Assembly: GCA_026026165.1 (NCBI GenBank)
Contig: JAPEUD010000028.1
Location: 124,001-188,000, forward strand
DNA from: Sarea resinae
Lineage: Eukaryota
Reading direction: 5' to 3'
DNA length: 64,000 nt
Shown here: in pieces, positions 12,293 through 23,759 of the stretch
How the letters are laid out: every line of letters starts with the position of its first letter
Position numbering within the stretch: position 1 is the stretch's first letter
Notes under the pieces: model-generated
The model's input: the letters and a program-made list of their open reading frames with translations, nothing else
The model's database searches: none
Told to the model about the DNA's origin: nothing
Position numbers and translations under genes: made by a program

Positions 12293-13190
12293 GATGGGCG
12301 ACAGGGACAGAGCATGTGGCTGCCGACAGCCAGGCTCCAGCTCCTCGGACAACATGCTTGTGTGATGGTTGAAGAAGTGGAAAGACGACGAGAGAAGAGA
12401 CGAGGGAATGAGAAGAAGAGATCAACGATCAACGAGGAACGATTGATGATGATGAACGGTGCATGGCCTGGAGCGACTACTTGGCTCCGGTGTGGCGGAG
12501 ATGCACGATGCCGCAGTCAGGTCTGATAAGAAGAAGCAGCGTGGAGGGTTCCAATTTGCGGTGGAAACGCCTATCGATCAGACAATCCATCCGACGTGTC
12601 AGACAAGAGGAGAACAGTACAGATGGCGACAGGGAAAGACGCAAAGATGCACGAGATGCACGAGGTGCACGAGATGCACGAGAAGACACGCGTTGAGCCC
12701 CGATGCTCTCAAGAGCTTACGATCTACACCTGGAAGCGGAGGTCGACGAGGAAGACGTTGAGGACGAGGAGAAGACGAAGACGAGGACAAGAAGCACGCA
12801 TACACACACAGTACACGAATACACGAAATACACGGCGTGAAGGAGAACAGCCAATTCGATTGGGGACTGCAATGCGATGGACGAGAGCCCCTGGTCTCTC
12901 CACACATGCATGAGGGGTCTGTCTTGATCCACCAAATGCCTGTGGATTGGATCTGATCAATCTGCTCCGTCTCCATCAATCAATGCGAATCATGGATTCG
13001 ACGTGCAGCGAGAGCAGCAGGGCAGGAGGTACGCGCCGCGACTCGGCCATCCAGCCATCAACAATGGCCGGGGAAGTAGAACGATGTCCATGAGGGCCAT
13101 GCCGATCAAGCTGATAAGCAATGCCCGTCCCGATAGGCACGCATGAGGTACTCGCTACCTCGCCGACGGTGTGGGCACCACGGCGATCAC

Positions 13191-13214
13191 GGTACCGGTA
13201 CCGGTACCGGTACC
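13191..13214. repeat. (GGTACC)4 perfect 24-bp palindrome
   Basis: ggtaccggtaccggtaccggtacc read directly from the sequence. Confidence 0.9.
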
Positions 13215-13542
13215 CGTCCCTGCGGCCGTCCGTGTGTTGTGTTGTTGTCTGTTGTCTTCCGTGTCGTGATCAGTCTGATGTGTTCCCTCCATATGACATG
13301 TCGTGATGCGTTAGGGCTACCGGCCGTCAGCCCAGAGGGCTTGTGAGTACCCGAAGTACTCGAAGTAGTCGTAGTCACCTGGGGTGGTACTTGGCCGTCT
13401 CGCCCTACCTTCGCGTCGCAGCAGGTACCTGGACCTTACTTCGACGGAGGCAAGGTACTGCTTCGTACTGCTACGCACCTCGTACTATCTTTCCCTTGGA
13501 CCCTCGAACAGCAGCCCTGGGGCTCCTGTCCATGCCTCATGT

Positions 13543-13590
13543 TACTGCGTACTGCGTACTGCGTACTGCGTACTGCGTACTGCGTACTGC
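13543..13590. repeat. (TACTGCG)~7 heptamer tandem repeat
   Basis: Directly visible in the divergent intergenic region between the F-box-like and Ral2-like genes. Confidence 0.9.
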
Positions 13591-14114
13591 CTACTCCCTA
13601 CTCCTCCAATCCCCATCAGAAACGTCCGCCATGATTGATGAGAGCATGTAAGGTACTGGCCCGTACGGCCATGGTTGCACCAAAACGTTTTGAGATCCCC
13701 CCCCCACAGCGCCCTGCGCACAAAGAACGAGTTCCCATAACAAACTTCACTCAAACCCAAACCGACGACGTCGTCCCGCCTTGCCTCCCCAGCCCAGGGT
13801 GCGATCTGCATTCTTGCCCGGAGCTGTGAGATCTCCGCCGGGAATTATTCGAACTTCTTTTGTCTGCTCTGGTGTGCGCGACCTCTGAGGAATCTGCTCG
13901 GTACGCCTCCCGTCACACGGCAGATGGCACCCATGGAAATGTTCTGACAGGTAGCTAACCGCACCCTCGTTGCAGTCCGTCGACGTCGGTGGCCGAGGCG
14001 ACGAGAAGACTGGACCCCGTGTCTCACTGGGAGCCTTAAGAGACACTCCGGGCTCGACCAAGTCTCTACATTCTTGTGCGTCCCTGTTATCATGTCCCCT
14101 CTCATCCACATGCC

Positions 14115-17100
14115 ATGAAGAGACTGGCTCCCTTGACGGGCGATGGCCGTTGCGGTATGCCGTCAGAAAACGGACATAAGCTTACGATGAAACCTCTAGA
14201 CACGGCCGATTCGACCCTTTGCGCAGCCGCAAATCGAGAAGGTGCCTTCCTTTCGGCGCAAGGAAAGCACACGAATTCCTTTGAGACACCTTTCAAGCCA
14301 TTCCATCGACGCTTGCGTTTTCTCGAACATTTCCTATCAGCGCCGGTGGATGCGAGGCGTCGCCTGCCACTCCGACCAAGTATCCCCTCTGGCGAATTAT
14401 CAGCAGCGGAGGAACCCCTCAGCAATCGCCGGCCGAGGCATATTCCGATTGTGATACCACCAAGGCATGTTCCAATCATAATACCTCATTACGACGCCTG
14501 CCTGGTCAATAACAGTCACTGCCCAACCGCCTCACCAGACTCCGACACTGCACCTCCTCACATCAATCTCTTCTCAAGCGTCCGAGGAATAAGACTGGGC
14601 CCGCTTAAGCCTGGAGCTAGGCATGTTCCAATCATAATTCCTGACTTTGCTCAGCCGTTCAGTCTTCTCCGAAGTACCACTTCCGACGGCTCTAGAAGCT
14701 TCAGCGATTCGCCAGCTAACCCAAGTACCCCTGAAAACATGTCGAGACCTCCCACGAGTAGTGGTAGGACTAGCACGATGGACTCGGCTGCCTCGTCTCA
14801 GTCGTCGCATCTTTACTCGGGCGATTTTGAACCCTCATCGTCTGGATCCTACCTTGCTGATATTAAAAGCAATCAACCAAGTCCAAATCATCAGTCTCTA
14901 GATGAGTCTGGCATCGAAAGAGAGGCGCCTCGTCATCTAACCCGGACCGGAGGAGCGGGAACGCAACCCGCGGGATCATCTTCAATGGCGCCAACTTCTC
15001 AATATCCAAGGCCTGGAACCAGCGGGTCCTCGACCACCAACCTTTCGGGTTTAGTATGTAACGTCCATAGGACCACTGGGAGGGAGCCACCGTCATTAGT
15101 CGGAGCAAGTACCACCGTCCTGGGAGACAGCCTCTTCGTGTTTGGAGGTCGGACACTGTCGAGACGGAGGCCACCGATGACGGACGACCTGTACGAGCTT
15201 GATCTTATCCGGAGGCATTGGACCAAAGTAGATATGAGGGGTGATATCCCAGCAGCACGATATTTCCACAGCGTATGTGCGCTTGGAGATACGAAGCTGG
15301 TCTGCTATGGAGGCATGTCCCCCACCGACTCCCCTTCAGGAGCACAGCAGCAGGCAAATTCTTCAGACTCTCAGCCGCCCGTCGAAGTCATGTCTGACAT
15401 CCATATCTTCGACGTTCCGACTCGTACATGGACCCTCATCAAAGCGCCAGGAGCACCACAAGGTCGATATGCACATTGCGCTACCATTCTGCCATCCTCT
15501 GGTGTGTTTGCTTCCGCCAATGCTCCACATTCGGCCATACACCACAACCCGGCATCTTCCAATCCGAACTCGGGAACTCTGGGGGTATCGCTGGATGGGA
15601 CCGGAGGAGCAGAAATGGTTGTAGTCGGTGGACAAGACAGTGCAAATCACTACATTGAACAAATCAGTGTCTTCAATCTGCGAAGTCTCAAGTGGACGTC
15701 GACCAGCACACTTGGAAGGAGCTGTGGTGCGTACAGAAGTGTGGTTGCCCCTCTGACCGGTCTCGATCCATCGCAGATCGGCGGTGGTCGCAGAAGCGGT
15801 CGAAACGGCGAGACCCCGAGCGAGTCCAACTCGGGGGAAGGTGGAGCTTCGATGCTGGTCTACTCCAATTACAACTTCTTGGACGTCAAACTGGAGCTCC
15901 AGGTCCGACATCCGGATGGCTCTTTGACGGAAAAGCCAATGCATGGACACATTTCCCCACCTGGTCTCAGATTCCCCAACGGAGGGGTCATCGATGACCA
16001 TTTCGTCGTTAGTGGGACATACCTTACATCATCGAAGCAGGAATATGCATTATGGGCATTAGATTTGAGAAGCCTGACGTGGAGTCGAGTTGACTCTGGC
16101 GGAACCATTTTCAGTCAAGGAAGCTGGAACAGGGGCGTGCTTTGGAGCAGGAGAAACATGTTTGTCATTTTGGGTAATCGGAAAAGGAGTCTGGTTGAAG
16201 ATTACAATCACCGACGTATCAACTTTTCGAACATCTGTCTGGTGGAACTCGAAGCTTTCGGACTCTATGATAATCCGAGGAAATGCTCACCAATGTCCGG
16301 CTATATCTCTACGAGCTCCCCTGGAGCAGCACCCTCTCAACGGACTGGGATGGACTTGCATTCGGGGGGTCGAGCACTGTCCAAAGCCGCCGAAGAACTC
16401 GGACAACTTGCGCTAGGCCTTCGAGACATTTCGGACATGGATCTAGTGGCTCTGGGGGGTGAGCGTGTACCTGTCAGTTCACGCCTTCTGGGCCGGCGAT
16501 GGGGTCTCTACTTTGTCGAGTTATTGCGGGAGGAAGTCGCGTCTCAGGAATTCAACGAGACGGCGACTTTACGTCCCAACCAACCTCGGAACGTCTCCCG
16601 CAATTCTAGCATCACAATCACGCCAAGCGTAGGCACGAATTCGTCGGGCGGAACGACCCTACACGACAATGACAATATCAAGAACCTTCAATCTGCTCTC
16701 GACCTCTCGGAGCTCCAAAATCTCCCACCCTCCAAACGGCCTCGCGCCCTCTACCTCCCTCATACCCTGCCAACCATCCAATGCCTCGTCCACTACCTCT
16801 ACACCTCCTCGCTCCCCCCTCCTTCGTCTCCCCTCTGCACTCCCCAAATACTCTGCTCTCTCCTCCAGCTCGCGCGTCCCTACTGCATTGATGGCCTCCT
16901 CGAAGCCACTGTCGAGCATCTACATAAAGTCCTCGACGAGCGCAACGCTGCCGCCGTCTTTAACGCCGCTGCCATGGCTGCTGGCGGCGGCCGGAATCAA
17001 TCCTCTACGGCTGCGATTCTCCTCGCAACCGCTAACCTCTCATCGTCTCCACCGGCGCCATCTGCGAGAACCCAGCAAGATAGCGCTGTTGCTCTTGCTA

Positions 17101-17504
17101 GAAAAGCACAACGGAACCTACGTATCGATACCGGCATGGCGAATCATAAAGATCCTGCCGACAAGAACGGTACTGGCAGCGGCAGCGCCACCACGAGCGA
17201 CAACGATCATAGCGGGCTCTCTAGTGCTAGCAGCACTGGTGGATTCTTTGACGGAACTACAGATACCGAAGACGAGAATGGCAATCCTGCTGTTTCTTCC
17301 GGTAGAGCTGCTAGGCACCGAGAACGAGAGATATGGACCGGGCAGCTTAGCGCAGTTGTCGGATTACAGAAACGGGGTCTCAGGGGATTGATGGAGGGAC
17401 GGCGGATGCGTGAACGAGGACGGAGCCAAGGCGGCGGTGCTGCTGGTGCGGCTGCTGCTGCCAATGCCGCCGCAGTTGTTGAGAGAGTTGGCGGCGGTGC
17501 ATAG
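14115..17504 (+). CDS. Ral2/Mds3/Pmd1-like kelch-repeat protein with a BTB-like C-terminal region (single long exon)
   Basis: LSGLVCNVHRTTGREPPSLVGASTTVLGDSLFVFGG, RYFHS, GRYAHCA, YSNYNFLDVKLEL, PPGLRFP, GSWNRG, LYLPHT...LVHYLYT...LCSLLQLARPY. First in-frame ATG is at 14115; an alternative start is 14739. Confidence 0.85.
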   Translation: MKRLAPLTGDGRCGMPSENGHKLTMKPLDTADSTLCAAANREGAFLSAQGKHTNSFETPFKPFHRRLRFLEHFLSAPVDARRRLPLRPSIPSGELSAAEEPLSNRRPRHIPIVIPPRHVPIIIPHYDACLVNNSHCPTASPDSDTAPPHINLFSSVRGIRLGPLKPGARHVPIIIPDFAQPFSLLRSTTSDGSRSFSDSPANPSTPENMSRPPTSSGRTSTMDSAASSQSSHLYSGDFEPSSSGSYLADIKSNQPSPNHQSLDESGIEREAPRHLTRTGGAGTQPAGSSSMAPTSQYPRPGTSGSSTTNLSGLVCNVHRTTGREPPSLVGASTTVLGDSLFVFGGRTLSRRRPPMTDDLYELDLIRRHWTKVDMRGDIPAARYFHSVCALGDTKLVCYGGMSPTDSPSGAQQQANSSDSQPPVEVMSDIHIFDVPTRTWTLIKAPGAPQGRYAHCATILPSSGVFASANAPHSAIHHNPASSNPNSGTLGVSLDGTGGAEMVVVGGQDSANHYIEQISVFNLRSLKWTSTSTLGRSCGAYRSVVAPLTGLDPSQIGGGRRSGRNGETPSESNSGEGGASMLVYSNYNFLDVKLELQVRHPDGSLTEKPMHGHISPPGLRFPNGGVIDDHFVVSGTYLTSSKQEYALWALDLRSLTWSRVDSGGTIFSQGSWNRGVLWSRRNMFVILGNRKRSLVEDYNHRRINFSNICLVELEAFGLYDNPRKCSPMSGYISTSSPGAAPSQRTGMDLHSGGRALSKAAEELGQLALGLRDISDMDLVALGGERVPVSSRLLGRRWGLYFVELLREEVASQEFNETATLRPNQPRNVSRNSSITITPSVGTNSSGGTTLHDNDNIKNLQSALDLSELQNLPPSKRPRALYLPHTLPTIQCLVHYLYTSSLPPPSSPLCTPQILCSLLQLARPYCIDGLLEATVEHLHKVLDERNAAAVFNAAAMAAGGGRNQSSTAAILLATANLSSSPPAPSARTQQDSAVALARKAQRNLRIDTGMANHKDPADKNGTGSGSATTSDNDHSGLSSASSTGGFFDGTTDTEDENGNPAVSSGRAARHREREIWTGQLSAVVGLQKRGLRGLMEGRRMRERGRSQGGGAAGAAAAANAAAVVERVGGGA

Positions 17505-18180
17505 ACGTTTCTGTCAGGCATGTTGAGGGAGTCTATGCTTTCATCTTTCATCTCTTGCTCGAGGAGGATTTTTTCGGTCGGTGAAGATGGATATTATGTT
17601 TTATGAGGCTCCGAGGTTGTAGGGCCTAACTTCCTTGTCACTCTTGGATCTGATGGAATGCGGACCGAGGTGGTAGATACGGTTCGATATGTCTATACCT
17701 ATACCATTATTTATATAGAATTTAGCATCCTTTCATCGTGGGCCATGCTCTTCACTGATCCCGTGCCTACGTAGACGCACTTGAGTCTTGAGAGTCTGAG
17801 CTCGGGGTAAACTAGGTCTTTTGCTCTGACTTCCAAGGACACTATAGCCAGGACGTAAAAAATCGATGGATCCTATCATTGTAATTGCCCTTTAGCGATT
17901 GATACTACAACAGGTATGAGACATTGACAGTGACGTTGACCGCTTTACGTGTTCCTGGCCTAGACGGCGATCTGTCGAGTACTGCGCACTACGTATCCGC
18001 AAGCACCCCGTGGGCTACCTACTACTAGCCTCTCTTGGGCGGATGACAACGGACAGATTGATAACGCTCAACTGAACCGGACAGCGTTCTGATAAGAAAT
18101 GATGATGTTTTAAAGACCATCTCCTCTCACTCAAAGCTTTCTCTGGGCTCTAGTGATGGGGTCGCTCTGTCTGCAGCAAC

Positions 18181-19509
18181 ATGGTGCTTCCGGACTCCAC
18201 CTTTGCGTTTACGGTGCCTTCACTTCATGACGGGAGCCTGCTCGAGTGTCGCATATACCATCCGGTCGAGCTGGAAGCGAGAGAGCTCGAGTCGGAGCAG
18301 ATCTGGTCGAAGAGAGGCGCGCTTTTTGCTCACCCGTATGCGCCGCTCGGTGGATGCTATGACGATCCTGTTGTGGATGCCGTCGCGGGCGAGATCTTGC
18401 GGCAAGGATACGTCGTCGGGACTTTCAACTTCAGGTGAGTCACTTTCACATACTTGACTCTGAATTGCGACCTTGGACCGATTCACGCTGACTTTCGGTG
18501 CTCTAGAGGGGCTGGCCACTCGGAGGGAAAGACAAGCTGGACAGCGAAAGCTGAACTGGCCGACTACACATCGGTCGTCGGTTTTTTCCTCCACTACCTC
18601 CATAACCTTGATCCATCACTGTCGGCCTCTATAACGTCGCCGTCTTCAGAACCGTCTAGTCCGTCCATTCGACCTTCATCACCTGGTCTTTCGCATATAC
18701 CCATACCGCCTGCGAATGGCTGCACTGTTTTAATTCTTGGGGGCTACTCTTACGGTTCGCTGATCGCTTCAACCCTACCTCCGACTGAAGACATCGTCGC
18801 GCGTTTTGCGCAAGCTGCCCAAGATGGCGCCGAGGCAGATATCAAAGCCCGTGCGCAGAAATTGGCGCGATATTGGAACAGGATGACGCAAGTCGACGTG
18901 GCAATATCTCGAGGACGGACTTTGAAATCTCAGCATGTGCGCCATCATTCTACGGTCATACGAGGCGAGGACGGAGGCCGAAGGACACAGATGCCAAGTC
19001 GAGACGAAAGGAGAAGTGTAGAATCGATCCGGCGAAGCGTCGACTCGCTGCTACGAAGATCGTCCCCTCGATCCTGGCTGGCGAGCAGGGGCTCATCCGG
19101 GGAACCCGAGGCCGTGAGAGCGCGAACTGATATGCCCATACCGAGGACTGCCTATCTACTGATCTCGCCACTTCTACCGCCCGTCTCAAGCTTCATCACC
19201 TTCTTTTCGGACATTGGCCATCGTGCGCGTGAAAAGCTGCCTCTACTCGAGACAAGCGACGGCTTCGTGGATTCCATCGATCGCAAGGCCGACAGGTGTC
19301 CTACGTTGGCTGTCTACGGAGATAAAGATGTCTTCACGTCGCAGAAGAAACTGCGGAAGTGGGCTGAGCATCTTGTGGTCGTGACGGAGCAGCGGTTCTG
19401 TTTTCGGGAGGTGGCCGGCGCTGGACACTTTTGGCATGAGGAGGGCGTGGAGGAGATGATGAGGAAGGAAGTCGGGGCTTGGGCTGGCGGGCTTGTACAA
19501 GATCGGTGA
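18181..19509 (+). CDS. Alpha/beta-fold hydrolase
   Basis: AHPYAPLGGCYDDPVV...GTFNFR|GAGHSEGKTSWT (intron 18435-18506), nucleophile elbow GGYSYGS, YGDKDVF (Asp) and AGHFW (His). Confidence 0.85.
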
Positions 19510-20830
19510 TGCGGATCAGCAGGTGGCGATGGGCAGAGAGATCATCATCGCAGATGGATGGATGGCTTGGGTGAGATTACGGTACCTCCTCGCGGAGCAC
19601 AGCATGCCTCGCTATCCTAGGTACGAATACAGAGCCGCTGTCAGCGCCGCGCCACGTGCGGGAGCAGCGGAGACGGCTACCTCGCTTGAGGCTGAGATAT
19701 TGGGCGTCCTGGTGTGCGCGTGAGCCTAGCCACGGGGACATTGATTCTATGCTAGCAAAGGTCCGCGGAATGCGCTCCGAAAGAAGTCTTCGTAGGTACT
19801 TTGTACAGACACCCTGACGGACAGGGTGAGAGATGTACGAATCCGGCGAATGGAAATATTGCCGGTCGAGAGCTATATCAGATATCACATTTGGTCATGT
19901 GCTCCCCCAGAATGCCCCCAGAATGCCCCCAGAATGCAGCGCGGCCAGGGGGAGGGATGGCTTCGTGTGGGGAAGTCGGAGGTACATTCGCACTATGTAG
20001 TCTCTGCCAAAAATGGGCACGTCAGTCCAGCTGACAGCTGGAGGCCTGGCGGGTGGTCCGGCCGAGGTCAGGTCACACTCGGCACGAGGGCGAATACTAC
20101 GGATGAAGCCATCGAGGCATCGTTGCTGGATGATGTTGTGTCGTTCCTGACGGATGACGACGAATAGGGTCATATCCAAGTCGCCCACCTCGTCCATCGA
20201 TGGGGTCTTCTGATGGAGTTTACGTCGTCTGTCGTCTGTCGTCTGTCGTCTGTCGTCCGTTTCTTTATATTGGGCCATCGGGCTTCTCCATGTCTGACCA
20301 TTCCAGCGTGATGGCGGGGTTGATATGATATGATGTGATCGATATGATATGATAAGGCAGCTATATGTAGCGGGTACTTGGGTTCCGTCATGATCAAAGT
20401 CATTGCACGGCAGCACGCCTATTACGTGGCACTTACTCCGGAGGGTGCACCAAGTCCCGTCCACGTATTCGTACTGCGGATAAGGTACCACCAATGCCCT
20501 ACGCGGCAGATCGCCATCTCGCCATCTCGGCTGGTGAAAATCATGGCAAATCATGGGGAAAGGGTAGGGCCGGTCTTCCTTGGTTCCGCCCCCCGCGGAG
20601 CTCACGGTGGCTCTCCGTCATTGCTGTTCCATCCATCTTCTTATTCATGAGACCGCCAGCAACCGGCGGTGCCTTATTCATCGACCGTGGCCCATTACCG
20701 AGACGTCTTGTCACCCTCCCTCTCTCTCACGCTCGACACTGCGTGCACTATAAGAAAGATGTTGGCAATGTGCTGAAGACCGCCCACAACACCGCTCGTA
20801 TCGACGCTGCATGGCTTCCACATCCACACT

Positions 20831-23701
20831 ATGTTCTTTCTCCCGAATGCGCCCATCCCTTCGCGGCCGGGAGACCATTGGAAGGCAGATGGGAAGGCGG
20901 TGACGACGTCGAAACCACGGCTTCAGCAGGCTTGGAGCAATGGCGGCATCCTCTCGCCTCTGGTCCGTCTCGTGCAGGATCCTCTTGGGATGGCGACGTA
21001 CGTCCTGGGTGCACGACAAAGCGGGCCGACCGAGCAGGAAGCTGAGATGGCCCGGGTTGCCAATCGAAAGCGCATCTGCCATCACCGGCTGAAGAACGTA
21101 GGTTTCAGTCCCACGAGATTTGTAGATGACTTCCTGACTCTTCGTTCGCAAAGGCTACCACCTACGAGCAATGGCATGCCTCGGCTTCGGAGCTCGACTT
21201 CCTGGAGGAGAACGAGACGTGGAAATCCGAGTCGGACTCCGCTGACTTTGATGCGCCGTTGGTCGAAGCTCGACTGAAGCAGCTGGATGAGGCCCGTCTC
21301 AGCTGCGACGTCGGGCGCATGCTCTTCCTGATCCGCACGAGCCTCTCGCGCGGTCTGGGCGACATGGACCACGCCCGGCTCTATCAACACTCCTATACAG
21401 GCACGAAATACTTGATCGAGCGCTATATCAGCTCGGCGCTGGAGACTCTCGATACCATGCTGGACGTATCGGCGAAGATGGGCGACGAGGGACCGGATCC
21501 CCGGTATATCTTAGACCAGGTCCTCTCGGCCAGACAGGCATTTGGCCGGAGTGCGCTCTTGCTGTCGGGCGGCGCGACGTTTGGCATGTCGCATATCGGC
21601 GTGCTCAAGACTCTATGGGAGGCTCGTCTCCTGCCGCGGATCATCTCGGGCGCGTCGGCGGGCAGTATCGTGTGTGCGGTGCTGTGCACGCGCACGGATG
21701 AGGAGCTGCCCGAGATTCTGGATAACTTTTGCTACGGCGATCTGGCCGTGTTCGAGAAGGAGGGAGACGAGGACAGTCCGTTGAGGCGCATAGGCCGGTT
21801 CCTGAAGATTGGCGCCTTGATCGACATCTCGCATCTCACCCGGGTCATGCGCGATCTGCTGGGCGACATGACGTTTCAGGAGGGCTACAATCGCACGCGA
21901 CGGATATTGAACATTTGTGTTTCGAGTGCGAGCATCTACGAGCTCCCTCGCTTGTTGAACTATATCACGGCGCCGAACGTCATCATCTGGTCCGCTGTGT
22001 ATGTCTGACAGCTTCACCCCTTTTATTGCACTGATAACTGACTGTGCTACCTCCAGCGCGGCATCCTGCTCCGTCCCGTTCGTCTTTACCCCTGCGTCGT
22101 TACTGGCCAAAGACCCCAAAACCGGAGAAGCCATCCCGTGGAATCCGACACCGCAGCGCTACATTGACGGCTCCGTCGACAACGACCTCCCCATGACGCG
22201 GCTCGCGGAGATGTTCAACGTGAACCACTTTATCGTGTCGCAGGTCAACCCGCACGTGGTGCCGTTTCTGCTCCGAGACGACCAGCAGATCCTCTCGCCG
22301 GCCACCTCCTCCTCCTCCCCACCCTCAAAGCCCCCCTCGAAGCCGCCCTCGACAAGCTACATGCACACTCTGGCGGCGCTGGCCAAAAACGAAGCGCTGC
22401 ACCGCCTGCACCTGCTCGCCGAGCTCGGCATCCTGCCCAACGCCGTGACAAAGCTGCGCTCGGTGCTGTCGCAAAAGTACTCGGGCGACATCACGATCCT
22501 GCCGGCGATCCGGTACGCGGACTTCCCGCGCGCGCTCAAGAACCCGACGCCGGCGTTTATGCTGCAGGCCATGCGGTGCGGCGAGCGCGCCACCTGGTCG
22601 CAGCTCAGCCGCGTCCGCAATCACTGCGCCATCGAGCTCGCGCTGGACCGCGCCGTGCAGTGTCTCAGGGCCCGCGTCGTGTTTAGTGGTCCGGCTGCTC
22701 CTGCGCGCGTGCGTGGTGCCGCTGGCAGGCAGCTCAAGCTCAGTGCTAGTCTCGGCAGACTGCGGAATGGGGGTGGTGAGCAGGGAGAGGGAGACGCAGA
22801 CGGGGCGGTTGGAATCGGCCAGAATAACAACCGCAAGGACAACTTTTTCACCGACCTTAACGGCTCTTCTAAGAGACGCCGCCACCATCATTCTCATCCT
22901 CGTCCTCATCATCAACACGACCACGGGGCCCTCCTCAGACCAAGTGTCCCGAATGTCCCGAACGGACACTACCACGGCAACACCATCCCGTCTTCGTCGT
23001 CCTCCTTACCAACCCCGTCGTCGTTTCTATCAAACTATCTCACGGCTGCTCCTCTGGATGTGAACCACAAGAATAGCAATGATAATAGCAATCATACCAA
23101 CACCAACACATCCCTGGCGCACATGCACATGCGCATGCCCCCGCCGTCGTCGCCGCTCGAAAATCACCACCACCACCACCACTTCAACGTCAACCACAAC
23201 CACCACTACTTCAACGCCAACCAAAATCAAGTGCACAACAAACTCACGACGATCCGGCCGCTGAAACCGAAACACTCGTCGACCTCGACCTCGGCCTCGG
23301 CTTTGATAGGCGCTGGTGGCGTGGGCGCTGGCACGGGCGTTGGTGTAGGCGTGGGCGCGCCTAGCTCGACCTCTCCATCTCCATTCACGTCTACAAACGC
23401 AAACGCAACCGCAACCGCAAACACATCTACATCCCTACCCACAAACTCACCCACATCTACAGACACATCCACGAAAACACCCACATTCACAGACACAAAC
23501 ACAGACACGAACAGCGTCCAGCGTACGAAACCCCAACATATCGAAAGCCAGAGAGTTGATGATCACGAACAGAACGAAAAGAACGAAAAGAACGAAAAGA
23601 GCGACAGCGAAGCGCAAGGGGAAAGAGAACGAGGGGAAAGAGAAAGAGAAAGAGGGGAAGGAGAAAGAAAAGGAGAGGTCGAAGAGCCGTCGGACGTGTG
23701 A
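20831..23701 (+). CDS. Patatin-like triacylglycerol lipase (Tgl4/Tgl5-like)
   Basis: GRSALLLSGGATFG, GASAGS (catalytic Ser), YIDGSVDNDLP, FNVNHFIVSQVNPH, QKYSGDITILP. Introns at about 21098-21152 and 21998-22056. Long low-complexity C-terminal tail. Confidence 0.92.
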
Positions 23702-23759
23702 CTTGTGAGGGAGGCTGAGATCAAAAGGAGTGAGGCTAAGACTGAGGTTCAGGGGAAGG

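Noticed and set aside
1650..17504. Functional nutrient-signalling cluster (Rheb, ODC, Ral2/Mds3)
   Set aside because: Unrelated genes are interspersed and there is no evidence of co-regulation; it looks like an ordinary gene neighbourhood.
18033..18100. Possible box C/D snoRNA (GGATGA...CTGA...CTGA with a short terminal stem)
   Set aside because: Box C is degenerate, the length is only about 55 nt and I could not identify a convincing rRNA antisense guide. A snoscan or Infernal search would be needed.
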